From: an uncultured delta proteobacterium
Lineage (GTDB): Bacteria > Myxococcota_A > Polyangia > Polyangiales > Polyangiaceae
Direction: 5' to 3'
Length of the DNA: 64,000 nucleotides
Assembly (NCBI GenBank): GCA_963696385.1
Contig: CAVOKF010000008.1
Coordinates: 576,001-640,000, forward strand
Shown here piece by piece: positions 9,660 to 19,427 of this stretch. Position numbers and translations under genes: made by a program. The notes under the pieces were generated by a model. The model was not told the origin of the DNA and did not search any database. It was given only the letters and a program-made list of their open reading frames with translations. The stretch's first letter is position 1. Each line of letters starts with the position of its first letter.

Positions 9660-12600
9660 ATGTTTCGCTACCGAGTCTTGCTGGCTCTCCTCGGGTGCCT
9701 GACAGCGATCGGTGCGCCGGCGACTGCGAACGAGACGACTCTGGTCGTGTCGCGTGAGGACCCTTCGTTCGACGTTGCTACCAGCCGCCTTGCAGCGGGC
9801 CGGGATGGTCGCGTCTATCTTGCCAGCAACCGCTTCGTTTTGGGCCTGTGGCCCGATGGATCCGGCAAGGCGGGCGGTGCCGTAACCTACGCGTTGCAGA
9901 TGGCGGCGGCGAACGCGGCCGGCGTCATCGCAACCGCGAATGCGCACTTCAATCACAGTGTCAATCTTTGGAGTCGCGATTTCACACACATCGGCGCGGT
10001 CGCGGACTTTCTCGTAAACGACCAGGTCCAGTGGTGGTCGCCGACGGACGTCGAGGCTGGCGAGAGCGGCGACTTCTACGGTCTCGACGCGAACCGACGT
10101 CGCATCGTCCGGGTCGCAGCGCCTGGACGCATCGTCACCACGTACTCGCTGGAACGCATCGCCGAGAGCACCGTCGGCAAGGTGCCCCAGCTGCGGGTCT
10201 GGGAGCGGGGCCGCCGGTTTTACGTGCTCAGTCAAAGCGGAATGGTCTCCGTTGTCGCCTTCGACGGGGCCTTGCTGTGGTCGACGCGTCTGCGCCCAGG
10301 CGGCTTCGACGTCGACGACAACGGCCGGCTCCTCGTCCTCGCAGGGACTGAAGACACCGTTCAGATTTACGACCCCGCGGGGAAAGCTTTGGCGCCGTTG
10401 CACGTGCATATGGGTGAACGCAAAGGCCGCGTGAGCGACTTGCGGGTGTTCCACGACAACCTCTTCGTCAAGCGGACAGACCCCACCGAGCTTTTCGAAG
10501 TATACGACCGCGCTTCTGGGGCCTTTCGGCGCGTTGTTCCGGCCGATGCGGAGGTCTTTCGAATTTCGCTTCCGAGCGCGATCTGGACGGCCGGCGCCGA
10601 CGTGCCTATCTCGGTTCAGCCGCTGCCATCCGACCACCCACCGCCGTCGCGGTGGCGCGCGTGGATCCGGCCGCTGGGCTTACCGGATTTCGCGGAGCTC
10701 CCATTTCGCAACGGACAGGCGAGCATTCCGCCCGACCTCGGGGGGCTCTATCAGCTGCGCCTCTCTCCCGACCTGCGAGGGGGGGACGGAGAATACCAAG
10801 TCGACAGCTCGGTCGATATCGTGGCACCGGGCCACCGCGGCGGGATTTCGATTTTCACCCCCAACAACCGATTCTACTACGGACGCGGAGAACCCATTCC
10901 CGTCACCGTCGTCGTTCGCGTGGGTGACACGTCCGAGAGGCCTGCGAGAATTCCGATCAAGCTCGTTGAGCATGGCCAAACGATCGCAGAGTGCGACGTC
11001 GATGTGCACCCCGAAGCGGTTTCACATCTCGATTTGAGTCCAGCACTGACCCGCGCCCTTCGGCCCGACCGCTACTCGCTGACGACCGAGGTCGCAGGGT
11101 TCACCGTAGCGTCTCAGCCGATCGAGATCGGCCCGGGCATCGAGCAGGCCCCAACGTTTAGCCTCGTCCAACATGGCGACTACGCGGCGTCGTTCCCTGC
11201 CGGTGGCATCTTTACCGCCCCCGAGAAGGTCGAAGCGCATTTGAACCGCGCGAAAAAGCTCGGCATCAATATGTTCGTCGATCGCTTGGGTCACGGCTTT
11301 GCAGGTGTATTGCCGCGAGTGGACCAGATGCTCACGGCCCAGGATCTGGTCTCGACCTTGAATGGCGACCCAGCTGCTGTCTCGCCCGAGAAGGCGACGG
11401 TCGAAGGGCCGGTACGCGCGAGCATCGCAGGATATGGGGCCTACGGCATTGAGGAGCGCGCCATTCTGCTCAGCATGGATGCGGGGCTTCCGCTCGGGAC
11501 CGGATACGACTCGCGCACGCCGGAGCAGATGATGGAAGCGGTCCGACACGTGACGACGAGCTTGCTGCCGTATCCGGCATTTCGCGGGTGGAGCTGGGCC
11601 GCAAACTGGTGGGTCCAGAAGCTCGGCGAGGATGCTGCCGACGGGCCCGCGGAAAGGGCCGACTACCGCGCAGCCCTCGGCCGGGCGGAGACCACTGGGA
11701 AGTGGGATCCGGTGCTCGACCGCGTCTCGGACCGGATGCTCGCTCCGGCGGTCGACGCGGAGCAGCGGCTCGATGCCGTCCTGCAACGAACGGCGCCCGG
11801 CAAGCTGAGCGTTATGACAGGCCCCTACCGCGCGGTGGGAGTTCTGCCGCCCGTCACGTTTCGCGCAGCCGACGAAGTCGACCTTCACTATCAAGCCGAA
11901 CAGATTCAGCCGCCGGAGGTCACGCCCGAGAACGTGGACTTCTACAAACGTCCGGGCAAGCGCGCGTGGGGTCACCCCGAGATCTGGAACGACGACGGCA
12001 CCGGCGCCATGCTTTTGCCCACGTTGTTGCAGATGGCCATGCGGGGTGCCGACGGGGTCGGCTGGTCCGGGGAGCAACCATGGAACGGTTCCGGCCCGAG
12101 CGATCCCCGGGCTTCGGCGCCCGGACAGCTGTCGGTCCTACGTGCGGTCGGTCAGCTGCTTCGCAACTATGGGCCCTGGCTCACCACGCTGCACGGCGCC
12201 GATCGCGTGGCCATCGCGGTGTCGTCGCGGATGATGCGAATCGATCATTGGGGGTCGAGCACGATGGGAGAGTACTTCGGTCGTCTGTACGAGGCGTACG
12301 GTGCGTGCCTTTACGCACACCGGCCCGCGAGCTTCGTATTTTCCGATGACGCTACACCCGAGACGCTGAAGCCTTTTCGCGCCGTGCTGGTCGTCGACCA
12401 ACGCGTTGAACTCGATCCCAGTCTTTCTGCCGCGCTCACGCAGGCCCGCGCCGCCGGCGTTGTGGAGTTCTACGACGGGGCGTCGCGTCCGGAGGTTCTT
12501 GGTGGCCTTACGCCGCTCGGAATCGCCTTCGATCAAGTTCCCCGAGATCCGAGCGTTTGGCAGGACGATTCCGCATACCGCCGAATTCCTGCTTACTTTG

Positions 12601-15548
12601 AGAAGGACGCCGAGACATTGCGTCGCGTCCTCGCCCCGTCGGTCACGCCTGTCGCGGAGGTCGACGACGCGGAGATTTTGCTCACCGAGCGCGTCTCCGG
12701 ACCGGGCCACTTCGTGTGGGTCGTCGACAACATCATCCCCGATCTGGATCCCGGACTCGCCTGGCGCACGGGGTTGATCATGTCGACGCGGTTGCCGCGG
12801 ATGGCACCCGTCAAGTTGAGCCAACCAGGCGGCGCGATTTACGATGTATTCGCTCTACGAGAAGCAAAAGCCACGAACGGAGTCATCGATGCGGATCTCC
12901 GCACCATGCCAGCGCGCCTTTACGCGATCCTGCCGCGCCGGATCGATGCCGTCGAGGCGACCGCGCCCGCAACCGTCGATGCCGGAGCGACGTTCGACTG
13001 GAGCGTGATCGTCCGTGACGACCGGCATCGTCCAATGGCTTCGAGCCTTCCGGTGCACGTCACGCTCGTCGCCAGCGACGGCTCCGTGATCCAGGAGACG
13101 ATCGGGGCAAGCTCCGCCGGCGGAATGATCGCCGGTCGTTGGGTCATGCCGCTCAATGCACCCTCCGGCCCGCTTGCCTTGCTGGCGTCGGAGCTCATCT
13201 CGGGCAAAACCGTGAGCGTTCCGATCCGCGCAGTCGTCGCTTCGCAGCCGGCAAATCTCCAGCAACGGGTACCGCATGCGGACCGGGCCACCGACGCCCC
13301 GATCACCGCGATAGGGCGCGCAGCGGACGCCGCAGACGCCCCCATCGAAGCGCGCTTCGGGCCCCACCTCAAAGACGTTGCCGTGTCGGGTAGCGGCGAC
13401 CTCGCCGTCTTCAACGCCATGAACTGGGACCAGAACCTGTATGCGGTGGATCTAAAGACTGGGGATGTTCGATGGCGTCGTCGCCTTGGGCATCATTTCA
13501 GTTACGATCCCCGCAGCACGGCGAGCGCCTTCGCCGTCCAGGCGTTCGATCGAACCTCCGCCGAGGGATACCACCTCTATCTGCTCGACCCGAACGGCAA
13601 GCCCGAGCGTCGCTTCGCGCTCTACGGCTTGCCCAAGCGAGCAACTACCTGGGACACGGGCCTCTACCCGGCCGACCGCATCGATCAATTTGCCGCGTCG
13701 CCGGCGGGCGATTGGGTCGCTAGCTCCGGCGATCTCGGTGTCGTCGTGTGGGATCGCGACGGTCGGCGACGTTGGAGCGTAGACGGGTGGAAGACGGGCG
13801 AGCGTCACATCACGCTGCTCGCCGCATTGGATCGCGAGACGCTCGTCGGCGTCGATTCGACGACGGTGACCGCGTACGACGCGCGCCACGGATCCCGTCG
13901 GTGGACGATTCGACTCGCCGCAACGGGCCATGCTCTCGGTGCGGTTGTGGGCGCGCCAGCGTCGAAAATGCTTGCGGTTCGGACCGACACAGACGGGGGG
14001 CAAGTATTTCTCATTCGCGACGGGAAGCTCCTGGCGGCCGTTCCGTCGCCGGCGGACGACCTGGCGCTATCGCCGGACGGTGAGCGGTTGGCCGTCACGA
14101 CGGGCACGTCGCTCAAATGGTACTCGAACTCGGGCGCCTTGATCTGGAGTTTCACGGGCGACGACGTGCTGCGCCGTCCGACGATTAGCGTCGATGGTCA
14201 GCGGATCGCGGTCGGAAGCGAGCTCGGGACTCTGTACGTCCTGTCTGCCTCTGGGCAGATTTTTTGGGAGCACGATTGTCAGGCGTTGCCGGTAGCCCAC
14301 TGGCTCGACGGAGGTGATTTGCTGGTCGGATCGTGGATGGGACACGTGCAGCGTTTCGACGACGGCTACCGTGAGATCTGGCACACGCACCTCTCGCCCA
14401 CGACCCGCGACATTCGTCCGGCGCTTCTAGCCAAGGATGCAACGCCGACGACGCGCGTCGAGTCGTGGGGCAACGCGGCGCCCACGGCCGCACCGCTCGT
14501 CCCGAACCTGCTGACTGAAACGCACGCGCTCATCCACGCGACGATGAACGACCGCCGTCAGGAGTGGCAGAACCCGATCGCGGCGATGACCGACGGTAAG
14601 CCCGACCCACCGCCTGGGCCGTGGCTCACGTGGACGTCGATCAACTACGTCGACTCGGGCTGGTTTGGGCCCCTGAGCTTCGAAGTCGACACCTTCCATT
14701 CGCAGATCCGGCTTCGAGGCATCACGTTCGTCGAGGATGAGTCGCACCCGGAATCGTGGTCGCGCGATGTCCGCCTCCAATCCTGGGATGCTGCGCAAGA
14801 GCGATGGACCGACGGCCGTTGCCTGCTGTCGGACACCGCAACGCACACTCACTGGCTGGATCCGCCCCTCGAAGCGGCTCGCTTTCGATTCGTCACGACG
14901 GGTGGCGCAGCGTGGCCCGTTGGCAACATCCGTTTGGGAGAGATCGTGTTTCACGGAGAGCTGCTCGGCGGCTCCCATCCCGACGTCGCCGCGAAGAGAG
15001 CCATCGCCGTGCTGTTCGACGAGCAAGAGAGCGACTTTCGGACGATGATCCGTGGACGGGACCACCCGTTTTCGATCGCCTTCGGAGACGCGTATTCAGG
15101 CGGCAAGTCGCTCGTATTGACGGCGGCGGGCACGACCGCGCCCGCGTACGAACCGCCGTTCGGTCATGCCCTGCCCGATTGGGACTTTGAAATCGAAGAG
15201 CACCCCAAGCCGGGACAATACCGATGGATTCAGTTCGCGTGGAGAGCGCTCTCGCCAGACACCACCGGCATGTCGCTGCTGCTTGGCAAACCGTGGCCCG
15301 GCGGCGGTTATGCCTTCGAGGCGGGGACGCAAGCATGGCGCGAGGGCGTCCTTGCGACGAAGAGTGTGGCAGCGGCGCCGCCGCAGGCCTGGCAAGTCGT
15401 GCGTGCGGATCTCTGGTCGCTATACCGGCATCCACTCCGCATCCAGGAGATGAGCCTCGCCGCTACCGGTGGGGGCGCTGCGTTCGACCAAATCGTGCTC
15501 GGACGGACAGAAACCGACCTGGATCGCGTGGCGAGAGCCCCGCCATGA
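9660..15548 (+). CDS. Giant secreted multidomain protein (beta-propellers, putative glycoside-hydrolase-like barrel, carbohydrate-binding-like C-terminus), 1962 aa
   Basis: ATG at 9660 follows AGAGGA. Signal peptide MFRYRVLLALLGCLTAIGAPATA. Propeller repeats (GFDVDDNGRLLVL; LYAVDLKTGDVRW; LALSPDGERLAV). Trp-rich C-terminal modules. Confidence 0.8.
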   Translation: MFRYRVLLALLGCLTAIGAPATANETTLVVSREDPSFDVATSRLAAGRDGRVYLASNRFVLGLWPDGSGKAGGAVTYALQMAAANAAGVIATANAHFNHSVNLWSRDFTHIGAVADFLVNDQVQWWSPTDVEAGESGDFYGLDANRRRIVRVAAPGRIVTTYSLERIAESTVGKVPQLRVWERGRRFYVLSQSGMVSVVAFDGALLWSTRLRPGGFDVDDNGRLLVLAGTEDTVQIYDPAGKALAPLHVHMGERKGRVSDLRVFHDNLFVKRTDPTELFEVYDRASGAFRRVVPADAEVFRISLPSAIWTAGADVPISVQPLPSDHPPPSRWRAWIRPLGLPDFAELPFRNGQASIPPDLGGLYQLRLSPDLRGGDGEYQVDSSVDIVAPGHRGGISIFTPNNRFYYGRGEPIPVTVVVRVGDTSERPARIPIKLVEHGQTIAECDVDVHPEAVSHLDLSPALTRALRPDRYSLTTEVAGFTVASQPIEIGPGIEQAPTFSLVQHGDYAASFPAGGIFTAPEKVEAHLNRAKKLGINMFVDRLGHGFAGVLPRVDQMLTAQDLVSTLNGDPAAVSPEKATVEGPVRASIAGYGAYGIEERAILLSMDAGLPLGTGYDSRTPEQMMEAVRHVTTSLLPYPAFRGWSWAANWWVQKLGEDAADGPAERADYRAALGRAETTGKWDPVLDRVSDRMLAPAVDAEQRLDAVLQRTAPGKLSVMTGPYRAVGVLPPVTFRAADEVDLHYQAEQIQPPEVTPENVDFYKRPGKRAWGHPEIWNDDGTGAMLLPTLLQMAMRGADGVGWSGEQPWNGSGPSDPRASAPGQLSVLRAVGQLLRNYGPWLTTLHGADRVAIAVSSRMMRIDHWGSSTMGEYFGRLYEAYGACLYAHRPASFVFSDDATPETLKPFRAVLVVDQRVELDPSLSAALTQARAAGVVEFYDGASRPEVLGGLTPLGIAFDQVPRDPSVWQDDSAYRRIPAYFEKDAETLRRVLAPSVTPVAEVDDAEILLTERVSGPGHFVWVVDNIIPDLDPGLAWRTGLIMSTRLPRMAPVKLSQPGGAIYDVFALREAKATNGVIDADLRTMPARLYAILPRRIDAVEATAPATVDAGATFDWSVIVRDDRHRPMASSLPVHVTLVASDGSVIQETIGASSAGGMIAGRWVMPLNAPSGPLALLASELISGKTVSVPIRAVVASQPANLQQRVPHADRATDAPITAIGRAADAADAPIEARFGPHLKDVAVSGSGDLAVFNAMNWDQNLYAVDLKTGDVRWRRRLGHHFSYDPRSTASAFAVQAFDRTSAEGYHLYLLDPNGKPERRFALYGLPKRATTWDTGLYPADRIDQFAASPAGDWVASSGDLGVVVWDRDGRRRWSVDGWKTGERHITLLAALDRETLVGVDSTTVTAYDARHGSRRWTIRLAATGHALGAVVGAPASKMLAVRTDTDGGQVFLIRDGKLLAAVPSPADDLALSPDGERLAVTTGTSLKWYSNSGALIWSFTGDDVLRRPTISVDGQRIAVGSELGTLYVLSASGQIFWEHDCQALPVAHWLDGGDLLVGSWMGHVQRFDDGYREIWHTHLSPTTRDIRPALLAKDATPTTRVESWGNAAPTAAPLVPNLLTETHALIHATMNDRRQEWQNPIAAMTDGKPDPPPGPWLTWTSINYVDSGWFGPLSFEVDTFHSQIRLRGITFVEDESHPESWSRDVRLQSWDAAQERWTDGRCLLSDTATHTHWLDPPLEAARFRFVTTGGAAWPVGNIRLGEIVFHGELLGGSHPDVAAKRAIAVLFDEQESDFRTMIRGRDHPFSIAFGDAYSGGKSLVLTAAGTTAPAYEPPFGHALPDWDFEIEEHPKPGQYRWIQFAWRALSPDTTGMSLLLGKPWPGGGYAFEAGTQAWREGVLATKSVAAAPPQAWQVVRADLWSLYRHPLRIQEMSLAATGGGAAFDQIVLGRTETDLDRVARAPP

Positions 15549-15593
15549 AAAGCGGCTACGAAGGTCGGGCCTCTGACGCTACAGTGGGGACGC

Positions 15594-15731
15594 ATGCCCT
15601 GGCGACGCACCGGCCGCAAACGTAAGAAGAGCCTCAAACCAAGCCCCTTGCCAGGACCGGGGCTGAGCCTCTTCATCGTCGTCCTCGCCACTGCCGTGGG
15701 AGCGTTTGCGGCAAAAAACTGCGGGGCCTAA
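15594..15731 (+). CDS. Small basic single-pass membrane protein, 45 aa
   Basis: Translated by hand: MPWRRTGRKRKKSLKPSPLPGPGLSLFIVVLATAVGAFAAKNCGA*. GGGGA lies just upstream. Below the track length cutoff. Confidence 0.45.
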   Translation: MPWRRTGRKRKKSLKPSPLPGPGLSLFIVVLATAVGAFAAKNCGA

Positions 15732-15800
15732 GGGGCCAGTATCTGTGTCGCCGAGTGGTGAGGACTGTAGGCTACCGAGTTGCGGCTCGGCCGGTTTGCG

Positions 15801-16361
15801 ATGATCCGGATCTGGTCTTTCGCGCCGATCCTGGTGCTCTCGTGCGATACGCCAGGCCCCCTCGCTGGCGTTGACGCTTCGTCGCCCTGGCCCCACGCCT
15901 CGGCGCCCTCGGTGACCCAGAGCGCTGCTTCGTCTTCGGCGATCGACGCCGCGGCTTCCGGCGGCCGGTCGATGCCGCCCCGACCGGTCCCAACGACCAG
16001 CCCAACGGTCCGAATCACCATGCCGGTCGAGACGCAGCTGCAAGCCATTCAATACATGCAAGCGATGCAGGCGCCGCAACCGAACGACGCGCCGGCGGAC
16101 CCGGCGTACGCTAAGCAGATCGCCGCTGCGCTGGCACCGATCGGCAAGCCCGACGTGGTCTCGAGCGGACGCCGCATCGACGTCGTCTTGTCGAAGGGTT
16201 GCGACGCGACATGGCCGAAGCAGGCCATCGCACGGCACACGGGCGCTACACTCGGCGCGATGCTGGCGCACGGCGTGCTCGTCCTTCGTTGTGCCGATCG
16301 CGAGGTGCAATGCCTTCAGAGCACTCGGGACGCGGACGATGTTCTTTGCACGCACAAGTGA
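15801..16361 (+). CDS. Putative lipoprotein
   Basis: MIRIWSFAPILVLSC lipobox-like start, Ser/Ala/Pro linker, Cys-containing C-terminal domain. Confidence 0.7.
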   Translation: MIRIWSFAPILVLSCDTPGPLAGVDASSPWPHASAPSVTQSAASSSAIDAAASGGRSMPPRPVPTTSPTVRITMPVETQLQAIQYMQAMQAPQPNDAPADPAYAKQIAAALAPIGKPDVVSSGRRIDVVLSKGCDATWPKQAIARHTGATLGAMLAHGVLVLRCADREVQCLQSTRDADDVLCTHK

Positions 16362-16414
16362 CGGGACGTTCGTCCCATCGTTCACCTCAGCATGGATCCC
16401 ATGAGGGGCTGAAC

Positions 16415-18277
16415 CTACGGCGCGTCCCACGTTCCGACCCATGCGCGGCCCGCCCGAACGCAAGCCACATGCGTCGTATCGTTACTGATTGCGCAATCGC
16501 GCTGCTCGGCGAACGTCCCGTCGAGCTCAGAGCCGCGCAGCCAGCGCGAGCGCCCAGGACCGCGAACGATGAAGCCCACGTCGGTTGGCACGACGTAGGT
16601 CCGGCCGTCGGGCGAGCGCGGGGCGCCCGGGCGCATCGGCTGGCCCAGAAACGTGGCCAAAAGCGATGCGCGCGTGAGATCGGACGAGACCAAAATCGGC
16701 TCGCCATCGACGATGGCTTCCAAGCCGGCCGGGCCCCACGCCACAGGGGTCGTCTGCGTCGGCGCTCCGCGCGACCCCGTGCATCGGCCCGCGAGGGGCG
16801 GCGCCACCGGCAGCGCCACGTCGCGATTGTCGTCGCCGCTGGCGAGCTCGAACGTCGCTCGGAGCGGCAGGCCGTCGCACGGGTCATACGCCTCAATCCA
16901 GCGGGCGCCACCGTCGGGGGATACAACGCGCGGATCCCAATCCGGTACGTTCGCGGCGGCTTCGTCGCCGAAGTCGGGGTCGACGCGCACAACGCCAGCT
17001 CGTGTGCGAACCAGAAGCTTGCCGCCTGGTTCAAACGCGAGAGCGCCCCACGTCGGCTCGTGACTGCGAGGCGCGACCGGGACCGCCGCCACGGCACGCA
17101 CCAAGCGGGCGGTCGCCGCGGGGGCCAGTGCTGCGAGCCACTTCTGCGCCTCGGCCACACGCTGCGCCGTATGCGTCGCGGGCGGACGCTCGGCGCGATC
17201 GAGCGCCAGCGCGGTTCGAAGCGGATCGCCCATCGTGGCATACGCGCGTACGACGGCGAGGCCGAGGTCTTCCAGCGCGCGCCCGCTCCCGCACGTGATG
17301 GCGCCCGTGCCGGCCACGGCGAGCAGGCGCGGCGAGCCGCCGTCCGCGCACGCGGCGCGCCAAAGGGCACGCACTTGCGACGCATAGTTGGGCACTTCGG
17401 GAGCGTCCTGCATGTTCTTCGCGTGCCTCGTGGCGAGCGCCGCGAGCATCGAGAACGAGACCTCGGTCACCGTTGCGTCGCGGCTCAGACCGGCGGGACG
17501 ATCCGACCAGGCGAGAGTCGCCGAAACGCGTGGCCCCGGCTCGAGCGGTGGCCCACCGCCCTCGAGCATGACACGCAGGGCCACGTCGTCGCGCCCGTCT
17601 GCGTCCCGGTCAGAGACTTCTGCGTCGAGGGTCAAGGCGGGGGCGCCCTCAGGATCGGCGACGGTCGCGGCGAGGCGCACTTTGGGGTTCAGGCCACCGT
17701 CGATGACCGCGACCCAGCGCGCAGGACCCGTGGGCGGATGCTGGAGGCACTGCGCGCCCAGCTCCGCAAGGACGGAGCGCGCGCCGACGGCGACCAGCCG
17801 ATCGATCGCCAAGCAGTCGGCGTCTCGCGAAAGGCCCGCGGGCGGCGCAAATGTCGCCGCAACGGCCAGGATTCCGTCGTCGCCCGCTCCTCGGTAGTAG
17901 AGCACCTCACCGGGATCGTTGCCTTCCGCGGGGCGCGCGATGGCAAACGCTTCTTTGGCCCCGTCGCCGTCGAAGTCGCCGATGAGCGCGGAGGCGAAGA
18001 CGAGTCCATCCGGAGCGCCCAGCGTCACGCCCTCGACGATCCATTGCGTCGTGTTGGGCGGGGCTGCGGTCGCGTCGCGCTCGGCAAACCCGTCACCCGA
18101 CGAACTGGCGTCGGTGCCTCTCGACGCCGCGCTCATCGCCCCCTGCCCCATCGCCCCCTCCGGCTGCGCCGAGCCGATCGTGTACGGCACATAGGGACGA
18201 CCCCCTCGGCAGCCATGGCACCCCGCGCCCGCAACGAGGAGGACGGCGAGCAACACTCCGGGGACGACGTTCGCCAT
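16415..18277 (-). CDS. Putative lipoprotein with FG-GAP/DxDxDG-like motifs
   Basis: MANVVPGVLLAVLLVAGAGC lipobox; GDFDGDGAKE and DRDADGRDD motifs; propeller-like C-terminus (SPDG repeats). Confidence 0.75.
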   Translation of the reverse strand: MANVVPGVLLAVLLVAGAGCHGCRGGRPYVPYTIGSAQPEGAMGQGAMSAASRGTDASSSGDGFAERDATAAPPNTTQWIVEGVTLGAPDGLVFASALIGDFDGDGAKEAFAIARPAEGNDPGEVLYYRGAGDDGILAVAATFAPPAGLSRDADCLAIDRLVAVGARSVLAELGAQCLQHPPTGPARWVAVIDGGLNPKVRLAATVADPEGAPALTLDAEVSDRDADGRDDVALRVMLEGGGPPLEPGPRVSATLAWSDRPAGLSRDATVTEVSFSMLAALATRHAKNMQDAPEVPNYASQVRALWRAACADGGSPRLLAVAGTGAITCGSGRALEDLGLAVVRAYATMGDPLRTALALDRAERPPATHTAQRVAEAQKWLAALAPAATARLVRAVAAVPVAPRSHEPTWGALAFEPGGKLLVRTRAGVVRVDPDFGDEAAANVPDWDPRVVSPDGGARWIEAYDPCDGLPLRATFELASGDDNRDVALPVAPPLAGRCTGSRGAPTQTTPVAWGPAGLEAIVDGEPILVSSDLTRASLLATFLGQPMRPGAPRSPDGRTYVVPTDVGFIVRGPGRSRWLRGSELDGTFAEQRDCAISNDTTHVACVRAGRAWVGTWDAP

Positions 18278-18336
18278 GCTCGAAATGTGGATGCACGATA
18301 GACAAGTCTCCGCCCGCGTGGGAGCTTCCGTGAGCC

Positions 18337-19188
18337 ATGGCGCGAGCCGTCGCGATCGCGATTGCTTTTCTCGGGGTCGTCTCGCTCGCGGCGACCGCGA
18401 GCGCATCGGACGACGCCTCGAGCGCCGAGCCGCTATCGAGCCTCGATCGAATCCGGAGCGATCCTGCGGTCGCCAACGATCCGCGCGAGATCGATGCGTT
18501 GGCCCGCGAGGCCGAAGGCCTTGCGCCGGGTCCGTTGCGGACCCAAGCGCGGATGATCGTGGCCGAGGCCTGGCGGGGACGCATGCAGCGTCCAAACGAC
18601 GCCATCGATGAGCTGCGCAAAGTCACGGGCGATCCAAGCACCGATCCAGTGACCGCAAGCCTTGCTGAGCGAGAGCTCGTCGACGCCCTTTTGGCCAACG
18701 GCAAGCTCGAGCAAGCCGCCGAGGAGGCACGCGCCCACGCCGCACGACTCGATCCGCCGTTCGTCGCACGCGTGCTACGGCTTGGTCGAAGGCCGACCTG
18801 GACCCTGGCGGCGATGGCGGATCTTACGGCGTACTTCGCCCTGGCCTTGCTCGCCATCGTGCACACACGGCGCACACGCACGTGGGAAAGGGTGGTCCGT
18901 TCCGTTCGGCAAATGACCCCACTCGCCGTCGGGTTCGCGGCTTACGTCGCGATCGTGGGAGGGGTGCTGGCCGCGCAGTACGAGACCGGCAACTCAGGCC
19001 CCTTCCTCGTCCTCGGCGCCGCCCTCGTGCCGCTCGTTCTGGTGGCGCGGGCCTGGAACGCCGCGTCGTCGGGGAGTCTTGCCGCACGCCTCGGCCGGGC
19101 CATTCTGTGCACGACGAGTGTCTTCGCCGTGGCGTTCCTGGTCCTACGCGCTATCCGGTCCGATTACCTCGACGGGTTCGGCCTGTGA
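18337..19188 (+). CDS. Membrane protein with signal peptide, extracytoplasmic TPR-like helices and about 4 C-terminal TM segments
   Basis: Hydropathy pattern read by eye; its stop overlaps the next start as GTGA. Confidence 0.75.
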   Translation: MARAVAIAIAFLGVVSLAATASASDDASSAEPLSSLDRIRSDPAVANDPREIDALAREAEGLAPGPLRTQARMIVAEAWRGRMQRPNDAIDELRKVTGDPSTDPVTASLAERELVDALLANGKLEQAAEEARAHAARLDPPFVARVLRLGRRPTWTLAAMADLTAYFALALLAIVHTRRTRTWERVVRSVRQMTPLAVGFAAYVAIVGGVLAAQYETGNSGPFLVLGAALVPLVLVARAWNAASSGSLAARLGRAILCTTSVFAVAFLVLRAIRSDYLDGFGL

Positions 19189-19427
19189 GTGGGGAGCGCG
19201 CCGTCGACGAACGGAGCATTCGCCGTGTCCGCATCGGGTCCGGCGCCAACTGCTCGAGCATCGGAAGCGCCATCGACACGCTGTTCGCGACAGCGGTCAC
19301 GGGAGCCGCGATCTTCGCGGCCGTCGTCGCGGCGCTGAAAACCGAGCCCATCCAAGTCGTTGGACAGACGTCCAACGACAATCCATTGCGCGCGCCGGGC
19401 ACGCGCGACCCGGAGTCACCCCCGTGA
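19185..19427 (+). CDS. 80-aa membrane-anchored peptide with RxGxxxNCSS motif, candidate radical SAM substrate
   Basis: MSGERAVDERSIRRVRIGSGANCSSIGSAIDTLFATAVTGAAIFAAVVAALKTEPIQ...ESPP*. GTGA overlaps at both ends (19185-19188 and 19424-19427). Confidence 0.75.
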   Translation: MSGERAVDERSIRRVRIGSGANCSSIGSAIDTLFATAVTGAAIFAAVVAALKTEPIQVVGQTSNDNPLRAPGTRDPESPP

